NCBI GenBank assembly: GCA_965203275.1
Contig: OZ241865.1
Span: forward strand, 736,001-800,000
Direction of reading: 5' to 3'
Origin: Bdellovibrionales bacterium
GTDB taxonomy: Bacteria > Bdellovibrionota > Bdellovibrionia > Bdellovibrionales > JAUICD01
Length of the DNA stretch: 64,000 nucleotides
The stretch's first letter is position 1; each line of letters begins with the position of its first letter. The notes beneath the pieces were generated by a model. It saw only the letters and a list, made by a program, of their open reading frames with translations. It did no database searches and had not been told where the DNA came from. Shown one piece after another: positions 49,178-59,794 of this stretch. The translations under genes were made by a program, and so were the position numbers.

Positions 49178-50109
49178 TTTTCACTCAAAATGAGCCACAC
49201 CTCTGGTGTGTTTTTGGGCATTGCTCTGACAGCTATCGCTGTCCAAAAAGAGCAATGCCACAAAAAACTGCTCATTTTGAGTAGGGAGGATCTCCTCGTT
49301 TTTTAACTTCATGTTAAGGAAAAAGTCCTTTTGTTTCACTAAAAGTAAACTAGCCTCTGGCTACTTTTGGATAGCCAGACCGACGGCTACCGCCGTCGAT
49401 CAAAGGCTGGCTATCTCAAAAGTCCGTTTACTTTTAGTAGGGAGTTAGTTGGTTCACTCAAAGTGAACTGGCCTCTGGCCACTTTCTGGTTGCCAGCCGA
49501 AGGCTATCGCCTTCTCAAATGCTGGCAACCTAGAAAGCCTGTTCACTTTGAGTAAGGAGGATCCCTTCATTTTTTTACTTCATGTTAAGGAAAAAGTTCA
49601 TTTCTGTGATCTGATGCCGGGTTGCCGGATCCCAGATCCCAGAAAAATCAAATTTAGCTTTAAGTATTTTTACATAACTTGTATAAAAAAGCCCCTAATG
49701 TATCCGCTTGTTTTGCTAATTCTATACAGCCAATAAGTTCTAAGTTTAATATTGCCTGAACCTCTCTTAGAGAACCAAGACTAATATAGTAAAATTTCCT
49801 ACGATCTTTTGCTGTAGGTTTAGCAGATCCTTCAGCTAAGTTAAGCACAATACTTGAAACAGCTCTTCGAAATTGACTTCTATGGGGCTCTTTCAGATGT
49901 AATTTTTTAGAATTACGATAAAATTCAGTAGCTAATTGATAAGTTTTGAATTTTTGCATCGTCATAAAAATTTCCTCCTTTCTAAAAACCCGCCAGGGCT
50001 TGGGAGGAAATTTTTTAGATGCAAAAATTCATTACAATCAATACTCTAGAACCTGATGCCGGGTTGCCGGATCCCAGATCCCGGATCCCAGATAACCATG
50101 ATGTTAAGG
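49178..50109. repeat. Modular palindromic repeat cluster 8 containing the intact four-helix-bundle gene
   Basis: Three A hairpins (minus orientation); heptamer runs at 49611-49642 and 50053-50092 flank the gene as direct repeats. Confidence 0.92.
49660..49965 (-). CDS. Four helix bundle protein (23S rRNA IVS protein / Avd-like family)
   Basis: FKTYQLA...SQFRRAVSSIVLNLAEGS...FYYISLGSLREVQ; AGGAGG RBS. Confidence 0.88.
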   Translation of the reverse strand: MTMQKFKTYQLATEFYRNSKKLHLKEPHRSQFRRAVSSIVLNLAEGSAKPTAKDRRKFYYISLGSLREVQAILNLELIGCIELAKQADTLGAFLYKLCKNT

Positions 50110-50672
50110 TTTCCTTACTTTCTTTATCCTTTTTTTAGCAAATGCAAACTTTAAATAACATATTATAGACTTAAAAATTACCAAATCAATACCTATTTTC
50201 TTTTTTAAAATATATTCCCTAATATATCCCCCATTGTTTCATTAGCAGGATAAATCTTTTTGTGTTATGACACTTTGTTCTTAACTTTAACTAATCGCTC
50301 TAAGTATTAAGCACTCTCTTGCATTTTTAACAAAGTTAATGATTATAAAATAATCTATCAAATTAAAATATTGCATTCAAGTTAGAGTTGACATTATATA
50401 GCTTAGTGACATAGCAAAATAAAGATAGAGAATGAAATAGTCGCCCTTTTTAAGGTTGACAGAGAATCTTATAACCTAAAATATCTATCAAGCCATTTCA
50501 TTATGACAAATTCAAAGCAAAAGAGTAAAAGTGATATTCATAGCAAGGAATAAAGATAGACATTTTATAGTTTGTAGTAATGAATTTCTAGTCAATCACT
50601 TTAAAATTGACCATTTATTTCTCTAAAATATTTTTGACTTGTGGATGTATAAAATTAGAAAAAGGATATTCA

Positions 50673-52052
50673 ATGAAAGTGCCACCACATAATACAGAAG
50701 CAGAAATGTCAGTGCTTGGAGGATTGATGCTAGAATCCCAAGCTATGGACGATATAGAAGGTCTTTTAACTCATACAGACTTTTATAAACCCGCCCATCA
50801 AAAAATTTTTGAAGCTATAGAAAACCTATATCAAAAAAGACAACCTTTTGATATTGTCATGGTCTCTAACTATCTTTCCGAACAGGGAGAACTTGAAGCT
50901 ATTGGAGGAGCCAGTACCCTCACTCAACTTTATGATACGACATTTTCCATAGCTAATATTCATTCTTATGCACAGGTTGTCAAAGACAAAGCCCAATTGA
51001 GGAAAGCCATATCAACCTTGACAGATCTGACCTCACAGGCTTATGAACCAAGCCAACATGAATCCGTCAATGATTTTATTCGTTACATGGAATCTTCTGT
51101 TTATGCCTTAGCTGATGAAAAATCTATCTCCGGATTGCTCTCTGCAACTGATGTGATCAAAAGCAGTATGGATCGATTAGAAAGCCTAGCTTCTCAAGAA
51201 ACAGAAGTGACAGGGATACCTACAGGTTTTGTTGATCTCGATAAAATGACAGCAGGCTTTCAACCACAAGAACTTTTGATTTTAGCTGCCCGTCCTTCTA
51301 TGGGTAAAACAGCCTTCAGTTTAAATATTGCTGTCAATTCTGCTTTAAGGGCAGATAAAAAAGTGGCTTATTTTTCTCTAGAAATGTCAAAGGAACAACT
51401 GATGCTACGTATTTTAGCATCTGAATCTCAAATGGATCTTGCAAAGCTACGTGTAGGTAAAATCCCTGACGCTGGCTGGTCACAACTCATTTCTACAGCA
51501 GCTATGATCTCAGAATCTGAACTTTATATTGATGACACATCAGCGATTAGTCCTTTTGAAATTTTAGCAAAATGCCGAAGGTTGAAAAATCAAAAAGGCT
51601 TAGACTTAATTATTATAGATTATCTTCAACTGATGGATTTAAAACAAAAAGTAGAAAGTCGAGAAAGAGCTGTATCTGAAATTTCTAAAACTTTAAAAAA
51701 AATTGCTAAAGAACTCAAAGTTTCTGTAATGGCTTTAGCACAACTCAACCGCTCTGTAGAAACCCGCTCTGATAGAAGACCAGTGCTTTCAGATCTAAGA
51801 GAATCTGGTTCTCTTGAACAAGATGCTGATTTGATTATGATGATCTACCGAGAAGACTATTATGATGCTCAAGCAGACAACAAAGGTGAAGCAGAGATCA
51901 TTATAGCTAAGCAGAGAAATGGCCCTGTAGGGACAGTTAAACTCGCTTGGAAACCACAATTTGGTACTTTCATGAACTTAGCTCCTACAAGCCTAGAAAA
52001 GATGAACCCTCATCCTTACCTCCCATCTTCACCAGACTTCCATTTGACATAG
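50673..52052 (+). CDS. dnaB: Replicative DNA helicase
   Basis: PPHNTEAE, AARPSMGKT, IIIDYLQL, SDLRESGSLEQDAD, KQRNGP. Confidence 0.97.
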   Translation: MKVPPHNTEAEMSVLGGLMLESQAMDDIEGLLTHTDFYKPAHQKIFEAIENLYQKRQPFDIVMVSNYLSEQGELEAIGGASTLTQLYDTTFSIANIHSYAQVVKDKAQLRKAISTLTDLTSQAYEPSQHESVNDFIRYMESSVYALADEKSISGLLSATDVIKSSMDRLESLASQETEVTGIPTGFVDLDKMTAGFQPQELLILAARPSMGKTAFSLNIAVNSALRADKKVAYFSLEMSKEQLMLRILASESQMDLAKLRVGKIPDAGWSQLISTAAMISESELYIDDTSAISPFEILAKCRRLKNQKGLDLIIIDYLQLMDLKQKVESRERAVSEISKTLKKIAKELKVSVMALAQLNRSVETRSDRRPVLSDLRESGSLEQDADLIMMIYREDYYDAQADNKGEAEIIIAKQRNGPVGTVKLAWKPQFGTFMNLAPTSLEKMNPHPYLPSSPDFHLT

Positions 52053-52159
52053 ACTCTGTAAATTTTACTATAATCAATAAAAAAAGTTTATAATCAAGCA
52101 TAAGCTGATATTATGAAACTCCTATAAAACAACTTGCTTATTTATAATTTTGTGGTATA

Positions 52160-53151
52160 TTTCACTCAAAATGCATCATGCCGTCTTTTGCACTTGAAAT
52201 GAACCACACCTCTGGTGTGTTTTTGGGCATTGCTCTGACAGCTCACGCTGTCTAAAAAGAGCAATGCCTCAAAAATCTGTTCATTTCAAGTAGGGGGAGG
52301 ATATCCTTCCTACTCAAAGTGAACAGGCTTTCTAGGCGATGACCATTTTATCGATGGCGAAAGCCATCGTGGTCATCGCCAGAAAGTGACCAGAGGTCAG
52401 TTCACTTTGAGTGAAAATCAAATGAGGTAGCCAGCCTTTGATCGACGGCGAGAGCCGTCGTGGTCATCGCCAGAAAGTGACCAGAGGTCAGACCACTTTT
52501 AGTGAGCCAATGTCCAAAAGTGACCAGAGGTCAGTTTACTTTGAGTGAAACAGAGAGGTGTGGTTCACTTTGAGTGAAACAACTCCCTAACCCCACCCAC
52601 CACCCTTGATTCTGCTTTCCATTTGTATGTTTTTTATGAGTGGAATGCGAAGGCAGGCTTCCGAAGTCCTCAACCTTCGCTTGCTTTTAAGGAGCAAGCG
52701 GGTCTGCGGAAGATCTTCAGCCTGCCTTCGCATCCCACTCATAATATTTATATGTTTTGGAAAATTACGCAGAATCTAAAAAGAATAAAAAAACAAAAAA
52801 ATGAAACTCTTTTTCCTTAACATGGAGTTTTTCCGGGATCCGGGATCCGGCAACCCGGCAGTCCGGCATCAGTGAAGCAAACGTCTTGTTTCCTTAACAT
52901 GGTGTTAAGAAAAGAGGAGATCCTCCTTACTAAAAATAAACGGATTTTTGAGGCAATCAGCCTTTGATCGACGGCGAGAGCCGTCGGGCTGATTGCCCAA
53001 AAACAGCCAGAGGCTGGTTTATTTTTAGTGAGATAAACGCCCAAAAACATGCCAGAGGCATGATGCATTTTGAGTGAAAATGACGGCTAGACCACTTTTA
53101 GTGAGCCAATGTCCAAAAGTGACCAGAGGTCAGTTTACTTTTAGTGAAACA
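52160..53151. repeat. Modular palindromic repeat cluster 9
   Basis: A hairpins in both orientations, B hairpin ~52580-52805, heptamers ~52833; bounded by TTTCACTCAAAAT and TTTTAGTGAAAC. Confidence 0.92.
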
Positions 53152-53240
53152 AGTATTGACTTTTGAAGATAATATGACATAAAGTCAATACAAATAATAA
53201 AAAAATAACCTAGAACCTAGAATGTGCAAAAGGATGACAA

Positions 53241-54230
53241 GTGAGTGATGAAACTATTTTATCTGTAAAACATCTTAAGAGACACTACAATATTAAAGGC
53301 TTTTTTTCATCAAAAGGGACAGTGAAAGCAGTAGATGACGTGAGCTTTGATCTGATAAAAGGGGAAACTCTCTCTATTGTAGGAGAATCAGGTTGCGGAA
53401 AAAGTACACTGGCTAAAGTTTTAATGAAAATAGAACCTCAAGATGGAGGTACATATCAAATCTGCAATAAAGACATAAATTCTAGTCAATGGACTCCAAA
53501 AGAATTTTATCAAACCATCCAAATGATTTTTCAAGATCCATACAGCTCTATTAACCCAAGAAAAAAGGCATGGCAAATTATTGCAGAACCTCTTTTCGTC
53601 AATACCAATCTATCTACTAAAGCATGTCGTCAAAAAGCTCTAGAAACTCTTCAACAAGTAGGGCTAATGAAAGAATATGCCAACCGCTATCCTCACATGT
53701 TTAGTGGAGGACAAAGACAACGTATTGGCATTGCAAGAGCTTTGATTTTAAAACCTAAAATATTAATTTGTGATGAACCCGTCTCTGCACTAGATGTGTC
53801 TGTTCAAGCACAAGTTTTAAATCTCTTGATGGACCTTCAAGAACAAATGACTCTAAGTTATATTTTTATTTCGCATGATCTTTCTGTCATTAGGCATATT
53901 TCCGATCGTGTTTTGGTCATGTATTTAGGTAAAGTAGCAGAATTTGGTAGTCGAAATCATATATTTGAAGACCCTATTCACCCTTATACAAAAGGGCTTT
54001 TAGCCAGTAGACCTCAAGTCTTAGATAGTCAAAAGACATATAGCCGCCCCCTTAAAGGGGAGTTACCCTCTCCTATAAATCCTCCTCCTGGGTGTGTTTT
54101 TCACTTAAGATGTCCTAAAGCTACAGAAATATGTAAAACAAAAATCCCTGTCTTAGAAAATATCAAAGGCCGTCAAGTGGCCTGCCATCATGCCAGACAA
54201 ATTGTCAAAGAACATGCCCACAATCCTTAA
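53241..54230 (+). CDS. dppF: Dipeptide/oligopeptide ABC transporter ATP-binding protein (DppF-like)
   Basis: GESGCGKST, FSGGQRQR, CDEPVSALD, GELPSPINPP.GC.FH.RC. Confidence 0.88.
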   Translation: MSDETILSVKHLKRHYNIKGFFSSKGTVKAVDDVSFDLIKGETLSIVGESGCGKSTLAKVLMKIEPQDGGTYQICNKDINSSQWTPKEFYQTIQMIFQDPYSSINPRKKAWQIIAEPLFVNTNLSTKACRQKALETLQQVGLMKEYANRYPHMFSGGQRQRIGIARALILKPKILICDEPVSALDVSVQAQVLNLLMDLQEQMTLSYIFISHDLSVIRHISDRVLVMYLGKVAEFGSRNHIFEDPIHPYTKGLLASRPQVLDSQKTYSRPLKGELPSPINPPPGCVFHLRCPKATEICKTKIPVLENIKGRQVACHHARQIVKEHAHNP

Positions 54231-54236
54231 ACTGAT

Positions 54237-54325
54237 TTTAAAAGTAAGCACTTTACAAGTAAACACTTTAGAAGTGAACACTTTAGAAGTAAACACTTTA
54301 AAAGTAAGCACTTTACAAGTGAGCA
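54237..54325. repeat. 15-bp tandem repeat, six units
   Basis: TTTA(A/C/G)AAGT(A/G)A(A/G)CAC units between convergent dppF and murE. Confidence 0.92.
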
Positions 54326-54333
54326 AGGCAATA

Positions 54334-55887
54334 TTATTGAGCTTGAAATGTTTGAGCTAAAGCTTGCAAATGCTTTTGATCAGAAAATGGTATTTTTTCC
54401 CCTTGAATTATTTGATGGTTTTCATGTCCTTTACCCGCTATCAATAAAATATCTTCTGCTTGAGCTAAACGAATACCCTTTAAAATAGCCTCTTTTCTGT
54501 CAGGGATACAAAAAACTGGCTTTGTATCTTTTGCTAAGCCTGATTTGATTTGCTTTATGATCATCAATGGGTCTTCATTTCTCGGATTATCTGATGTGAT
54601 AATAATGATATCACTATACTTTTGTACCACTTGAGCCATTAAAGATCGCTTTGTTTTATCTCGATTGCCTCCGCATCCAAAAACAGTAATAATGCGAGAG
54701 GTTGGCTGTGACTTTATTTGATCAAGGCTTTTAAGAGTTTGTTCAAGGGCATCACTGGTGTGTGCATAATCTACAAATCCATAAAAAGGCTTTCGGATGA
54801 CTAACTCTAATCGACCTGGAACACCCTTAATCTGCTCTGATGCTTTTAAAATATCTTCTATGGCATATCCCATTTTTAAAAGGAGTGACAAGCACCCTGT
54901 GAAATTCCAAGCATTGTGGCGGCCGACTAAGTTTAAATGAGCTTGGTAATACTTTTCCTTATAACACAAATTAATCTGTAATGCTTGCAGTGTAGATTGA
55001 ATGCGTATAATTTGCACATCTGTCTTATGCTGACGGCCATAAGTGATTATACGTTGTGGTTGTTCCTTTAAGGAAAGCTCTTTTAAAAGAACTTGTCCCC
55101 AAGGATCATCTTGATTGATGGCTATTGTGCCATTTTTTTTTATGAGAGGTTTAAAAAACAGTCTTTTTTTAGCTTTAAAATAATTTTCCATCGAATGGTG
55201 ATAATCAAGATGGTCTTGTGTGAGATGAGTCCAAAGTGTTGCTGTAAATTGCAAATGATCAACTCGGTGTTGAGATAAAGCATGACTGGAAACCTCCATC
55301 ACTAACGTTGTTATTTTATATTTTTGACTCATCTCGAAGATTCTTTGGTGAAGTTGAAGTGGGAAAGGTGTTGTTAAATGAGATGGCCATGTTTGATTCC
55401 CAACATGATGATCTATTGTACTTAAAACCCCTACTTGTTCTCCAAGGGCTTTCAATAAGGTTTCTAACATATAAACACTTGTGGTTTTACCGTTAGTGCC
55501 TGTGACAGCAATACATTGAATGTTTTTTGAAGGATCACCATAAAAATGTGTAGCCATTTGACTCAAAAGTACACGTGTATTATTGACCAAAACCACAAGG
55601 CCATCATAATTTTGAGTTTTATATAGATTGCCAATAAATTTTGACTCTAAAATAAGAACAGAAGCTTCTTGAGCCATAACTTCATCAATAAAGTCATGCC
55701 CATCGGTCTTATGACCTGATATAGCTATAAACAAACTGCCTTTTTTTACTTCTTTTGAGTGACAAGTGATATGAGAAATAAATATTTGATCGCATATTTG
55801 CTGATATGAATGGAGTAGCCTTCCTCTCAAAAATATTTGTTTTATAGATGTATCTGCTAACAGGTCTGTCAGTTTTACTTTTGGCAT
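54334..55887 (-). CDS. murE: UDP-N-acetylmuramoyl-tripeptide synthetase
   Basis: VTGTNGKTT, MEVSSH, DHLDYH, VDYAHT, DNPR, AGKGHE. Confidence 0.95.
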   Translation of the reverse strand: MPKVKLTDLLADTSIKQIFLRGRLLHSYQQICDQIFISHITCHSKEVKKGSLFIAISGHKTDGHDFIDEVMAQEASVLILESKFIGNLYKTQNYDGLVVLVNNTRVLLSQMATHFYGDPSKNIQCIAVTGTNGKTTSVYMLETLLKALGEQVGVLSTIDHHVGNQTWPSHLTTPFPLQLHQRIFEMSQKYKITTLVMEVSSHALSQHRVDHLQFTATLWTHLTQDHLDYHHSMENYFKAKKRLFFKPLIKKNGTIAINQDDPWGQVLLKELSLKEQPQRIITYGRQHKTDVQIIRIQSTLQALQINLCYKEKYYQAHLNLVGRHNAWNFTGCLSLLLKMGYAIEDILKASEQIKGVPGRLELVIRKPFYGFVDYAHTSDALEQTLKSLDQIKSQPTSRIITVFGCGGNRDKTKRSLMAQVVQKYSDIIIITSDNPRNEDPLMIIKQIKSGLAKDTKPVFCIPDRKEAILKGIRLAQAEDILLIAGKGHENHQIIQGEKIPFSDQKHLQALAQTFQAQ

Positions 55888-55901
55888 AATATAAAACCTT
55901 T

Positions 55902-56984
55902 TTACTTCAACTTTTCTAAGTCAGATGCCTTTTGAGTGAGGCGTTCTAAAATCTCATTCACTTTGAGAAGTGCTTGAATAGAATCTTGTGAAACAGATAA
56001 AAACTCTTGAGAAATAAAATCCCATTGAGCTTGTTTCATGGAATTCTTTATATAAGGTTCACATTGCTTATATGTTGAAAGAACAGTCAATACTTGCTTG
56101 ACCCTGATAAAATAATCTCTAAGTTTTTGAGTGTTGTTTAAAGATTTTAAAATATAAGGATGAGCTTCGTAAGCCACTTGATGAATCAAATGATTCCATG
56201 TTTCCATTTCTTGTAAATGTTTTTGTTGTTTTAGGTCAGGATCACTTTGTGATAAATGCAGTTGTTTTGTAAAGCTTTTGTCTTTGGATGTAAGTTTTTT
56301 GTATTTTGCAAGATCTTTTTGAGCTTTTTCTAAAGAGTGAATTAATTTTTTCACGAGAGGATCTTCCATTAAACCTACATCTTTTATTTGATTTGTTTTA
56401 TGATTTTCAAAAAAAGAAGCCTGTTGATTTTGCCATACCACACGGATTGTTTTATCTTCCCAAGAAACTTCTGCCATATTGTGATGAATATAGGTTGGTA
56501 GGGCCTCTAAAGCAGCCTTTAAATAAAGAGCAAAGTGAGGGTAATCATTAGCACTTAAATCTAAACAAAAAGACAAATGAAAAGAATTATTATTTTTTTG
56601 TTTTTGATGATCTGTCTTTATTTTAGTCAGATGAGGGGTAGGAGAAATAAAATAAGACAAAAGATTAGCTGGCTTTACATAAAATTGCTGTGGATGTCGA
56701 ATCATTTTGATCACATCATCAAGTGGTCCCCAAGCTTGTAGATGAACACATTCATGTCCAACATGCTGAATAAGAGGGATATTTGAAGACAAAGGGATTG
56801 TATGACTAAAAAGAGATTGAAATTTTTCTAAAAAAAACTCTACGCTTTGAGCTGACTGCCATGAAAAAGGATCTTTTAAAAACTCCTCTGGTGTATTGAC
56901 AGAAGAATAAAGAATCTCTGCATCTAAATCTTTAGATTCTAAAAAGTTTAAAACAGAATGTGTGATTTTACTGCTCAACAACAT
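55902..56984 (-). CDS. Hypothetical protein
   Basis: 360-aa ORF apparently co-transcribed with murE; no motif recognised. Confidence 0.7.
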   Translation of the reverse strand: MLLSSKITHSVLNFLESKDLDAEILYSSVNTPEEFLKDPFSWQSAQSVEFFLEKFQSLFSHTIPLSSNIPLIQHVGHECVHLQAWGPLDDVIKMIRHPQQFYVKPANLLSYFISPTPHLTKIKTDHQKQKNNNSFHLSFCLDLSANDYPHFALYLKAALEALPTYIHHNMAEVSWEDKTIRVVWQNQQASFFENHKTNQIKDVGLMEDPLVKKLIHSLEKAQKDLAKYKKLTSKDKSFTKQLHLSQSDPDLKQQKHLQEMETWNHLIHQVAYEAHPYILKSLNNTQKLRDYFIRVKQVLTVLSTYKQCEPYIKNSMKQAQWDFISQEFLSVSQDSIQALLKVNEILERLTQKASDLEKLK

Positions 56985-57060
56985 AAAAAACTCTTTTAAG
57001 CCATACTTCTATATTTAAAGATGCTTATTCTAATATATAAACTGTTAAAGTCAATAAGTT

Positions 57061-57942
57061 TTAAGACTTAAAAGAGCGTTTGACAAAAAGTTCTAAAATA
57101 AAAGGGGCAAACCTATTGAGCAAGTATGCTACTTTAGAATCAAAAGAAGGGTTAATTAAAAACCTACGTGATCTCAATTGTTTAAGGGTTTCTTGAGCTA
57201 CTTGATCAGCAGTCAAAATGGTTGCCTTTTTTTCTATATCAAAGATTTCTTGGGGTTTGATTTTGTTTTCTTGATCGAAACCTGCTGTTTGAGTTGCAGG
57301 AGGGCATAGAACAGAAACAGAGATATTATAAGGTTTTAGTTCTCTTTTAAGAGCTTCTGATAGTCCTATAACGGCAAATTTTGTACCACAATATCCTGAA
57401 TATCCAAAAAGTCCTAAGTAACCTGCCATTGAAGACACATTTAAAATTTGGCCCTTTTTGTTTTTGATCATATAAGGGATCATGACTTTAAGTACATTGA
57501 CTGTGCCGAAGTAGTTTACATTCATCATGTCGTGGAAAGTCTCAATAGGAGTGTCTACAAAAAAAGCAGGATGAGAATATCCAGCAGAATTGATCACAAG
57601 ATCAATGTGGTGATTTTCTTTTTTAAATATGTTATTGAGTGTTTTTTCTACATTCGAAAAATGACTTACATTTAAGGAAATAGCTTGAAGTATTTGATGA
57701 GAATCCTGACGTAAATCCTCCATATTTTTCATCGCTATATTTAATTTAGATGGATTGCGAGATACAATAAAGACATTTGCACCTAAAAGAGTCAAATATT
57801 TAGCTAAAGAAGCCCCTATACCTTCTGAACCACCTGTAATTAAAACAAACTGACCTTTATAATACCTCCTTAAAGCTTGTTGTTTTGTGATAGAAGAGTT
57901 TTTTTGATTTTTCATGATGACCCCTTGATGCTCCCTTGACAT
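57061..57942 (-). CDS. Short-chain dehydrogenase/reductase, 3-ketodihydrosphingosine reductase-like subgroup
   Basis: ITGGSEGIG, YCGTK (YxxxK), PPATQTAGFDQENKIKP. Confidence 0.8.
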   Translation of the reverse strand: MSREHQGVIMKNQKNSSITKQQALRRYYKGQFVLITGGSEGIGASLAKYLTLLGANVFIVSRNPSKLNIAMKNMEDLRQDSHQILQAISLNVSHFSNVEKTLNNIFKKENHHIDLVINSAGYSHPAFFVDTPIETFHDMMNVNYFGTVNVLKVMIPYMIKNKKGQILNVSSMAGYLGLFGYSGYCGTKFAVIGLSEALKRELKPYNISVSVLCPPATQTAGFDQENKIKPQEIFDIEKKATILTADQVAQETLKQLRSRRFLINPSFDSKVAYLLNRFAPFILELFVKRSFKS

Positions 57943-58043
57943 TATAAACTTGCTATTTTACTTAAAATAAGTCAAAATAAAAGTAAACTATTTTTTATAC
58001 TTATTAATTATCATCTAAAACAAAATAAGAAAGGAGTTTAACA

Positions 58044-58739
58044 TTGAATAATTTAACTGGAGATCTTTTGAAAAAGTTAAAAGAAAAGTGGGAAGACTTA
58101 GAAGGCTGGAGAGATAGAAATAAACTCTATGCAAAGCTTTATGGCATACATGCTAGAATTAATGAAGAAAAGTCTCATGTCAAGCAAAGAGCTAAAAAGT
58201 TTATTAAAAGCAATCAAGATACAGCACAAGAGCTTTTGTTTTCTCTTTTAGCAAATAAAAAAATTCAGCAAATTATAGTTAAGGCTCAGGATACTGTTGA
58301 AAAAAACAAAGCCATCAATTATTTATTTCCATATATTGATAAAGTTAATAAAGCTAAAAACCAATTGATCAAGGATATAAAGGGCATTATAAATATTTTA
58401 GATATTTTAAAGGAATCTAAAGATTGTTCGTTTGAGGTTTCAAGTGAAAAACCTAAATGTCAACCTGATCTTTCTAACTTAGAATTTCATTATTCAGATA
58501 CAAAGCCAAAAGTAGAATCAGAGTCAAAAGTAGAATCAGAGCCAAAAGTGGAATCAGAGTCAAAAGTAGAATCAAAGTCAAAAGTAGAATCAAAGCCAAA
58601 AGTAGAATCAAAGCCAAAAGTAGAATCAGAGTCAAAAGTAGAATCAAAGTCAAAAATGGAGGTAGAAGATCAGCCATCTGCTTCTAAAGGCAAAAAGAGA
58701 AGAAAAAAGAAAAAAACAAAGGCAAAAAAATCATCATAA
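58044..58739 (+). CDS. Hypothetical protein with 6-aa (18-bp) KVES(E/K)(S/P) tandem repeats and a basic tail
   Basis: AGGAG RBS; repeats at ~58503-58655. Confidence 0.7.
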   Translation: MNNLTGDLLKKLKEKWEDLEGWRDRNKLYAKLYGIHARINEEKSHVKQRAKKFIKSNQDTAQELLFSLLANKKIQQIIVKAQDTVEKNKAINYLFPYIDKVNKAKNQLIKDIKGIINILDILKESKDCSFEVSSEKPKCQPDLSNLEFHYSDTKPKVESESKVESEPKVESESKVESKSKVESKPKVESKPKVESESKVESKSKMEVEDQPSASKGKKRRKKKKTKAKKSS

Positions 58740-59794
58740 TGTCTAAAAAATATGACGTAGCAATTATTGGCGGTGGCTTTTATGGTATGTTAATGGCTCT
58801 TTATATGCAAAAACAGGGTCAAAAGACATGCCTTATTGAACAAGCATCTACATTGGGAGGACAGCTGAATATATCTGAAAGTCCATTTCAATTAGAACGC
58901 AAATTTCCTTTGTGCTTCAAAAATGATGAAACCCTTTCTGCTCTTAATTTTTTAAATGATTTTTTAGATATGGACATATCTTATATTGTCAAAACTATGC
59001 GTCCTTTGATTTTTGACAAAAGAGCAAATCCTCTCAAAGAAGATAGTCCTGCTTTAAAACCATTTGCTTTTTACACCCAATGCAATCGCCTTATATTGTC
59101 ACAATATGGTCATCAGTGGCTTTGTGTCTTATTGAAACATTATGTGGGAGATGTATTTAAAAGCCATAAAGTCACAAATATAGAGATCAAAGATAAAAAA
59201 GCTATTTGTTGTGTGTGCCATAATGGTCAAAAGATATTTGCTGATAGATTTATTTTTTGTATTTCTTTCTATGAGCTTCAATTAATATTAAAAAATCATT
59301 CTCTTTTATTATCACAGCAAAAACTCTGTAAAAGCAAAACGTTGACAGTGATCTCTATCGATTTTGTTCATCCTAAAAAAATTGCAGAAATACTGGATTT
59401 ACATATTTTATTGCCTGAATATAAACGAGAAATTCATCCTATTTTTGGTCTTTTTTATTTTCTACAGTCTGATCAATTAAATGACCATCAAGTATCACAA
59501 TGGTTGACTTTTTTTAAGGCCAATACAATTAAAGAAGAAGAAAAACATACAGAATGGATACTTAAAAGTGTCAAAAAACATTTGCAAACCATTTACCCTC
59601 ATGCTTTAGATAGACTTGTTTTTGAAAGACTTTCTGTAACACAGCACTATGAACACACTAAGCTTAAGATGGGACACAAGATGACTTTACCTGGGATGGA
59701 CAATGTGTATATCCCCTTAGTTAATACAAGTTATCAGTCTTATCATCGTCATTGGATAGACTGCATAGCAAATTTAAAATCATTCAAAATATAA
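58739..59794 (+). CDS. FAD-dependent oxidoreductase
   Basis: YDVAIIGGGFYG...IEQ...LGG dinucleotide-binding motif. Confidence 0.7.
   Translation: MSKKYDVAIIGGGFYGMLMALYMQKQGQKTCLIEQASTLGGQLNISESPFQLERKFPLCFKNDETLSALNFLNDFLDMDISYIVKTMRPLIFDKRANPLKEDSPALKPFAFYTQCNRLILSQYGHQWLCVLLKHYVGDVFKSHKVTNIEIKDKKAICCVCHNGQKIFADRFIFCISFYELQLILKNHSLLLSQQKLCKSKTLTVISIDFVHPKKIAEILDLHILLPEYKREIHPIFGLFYFLQSDQLNDHQVSQWLTFFKANTIKEEEKHTEWILKSVKKHLQTIYPHALDRLVFERLSVTQHYEHTKLKMGHKMTLPGMDNVYIPLVNTSYQSYHRHWIDCIANLKSFKI

Noticed and set aside
19268..49965. Diversity-generating retroelement suggested by Avd-like genes
   Set aside because: No reverse transcriptase and no TR/VR pair with adenine-specific mismatches seen in the window.
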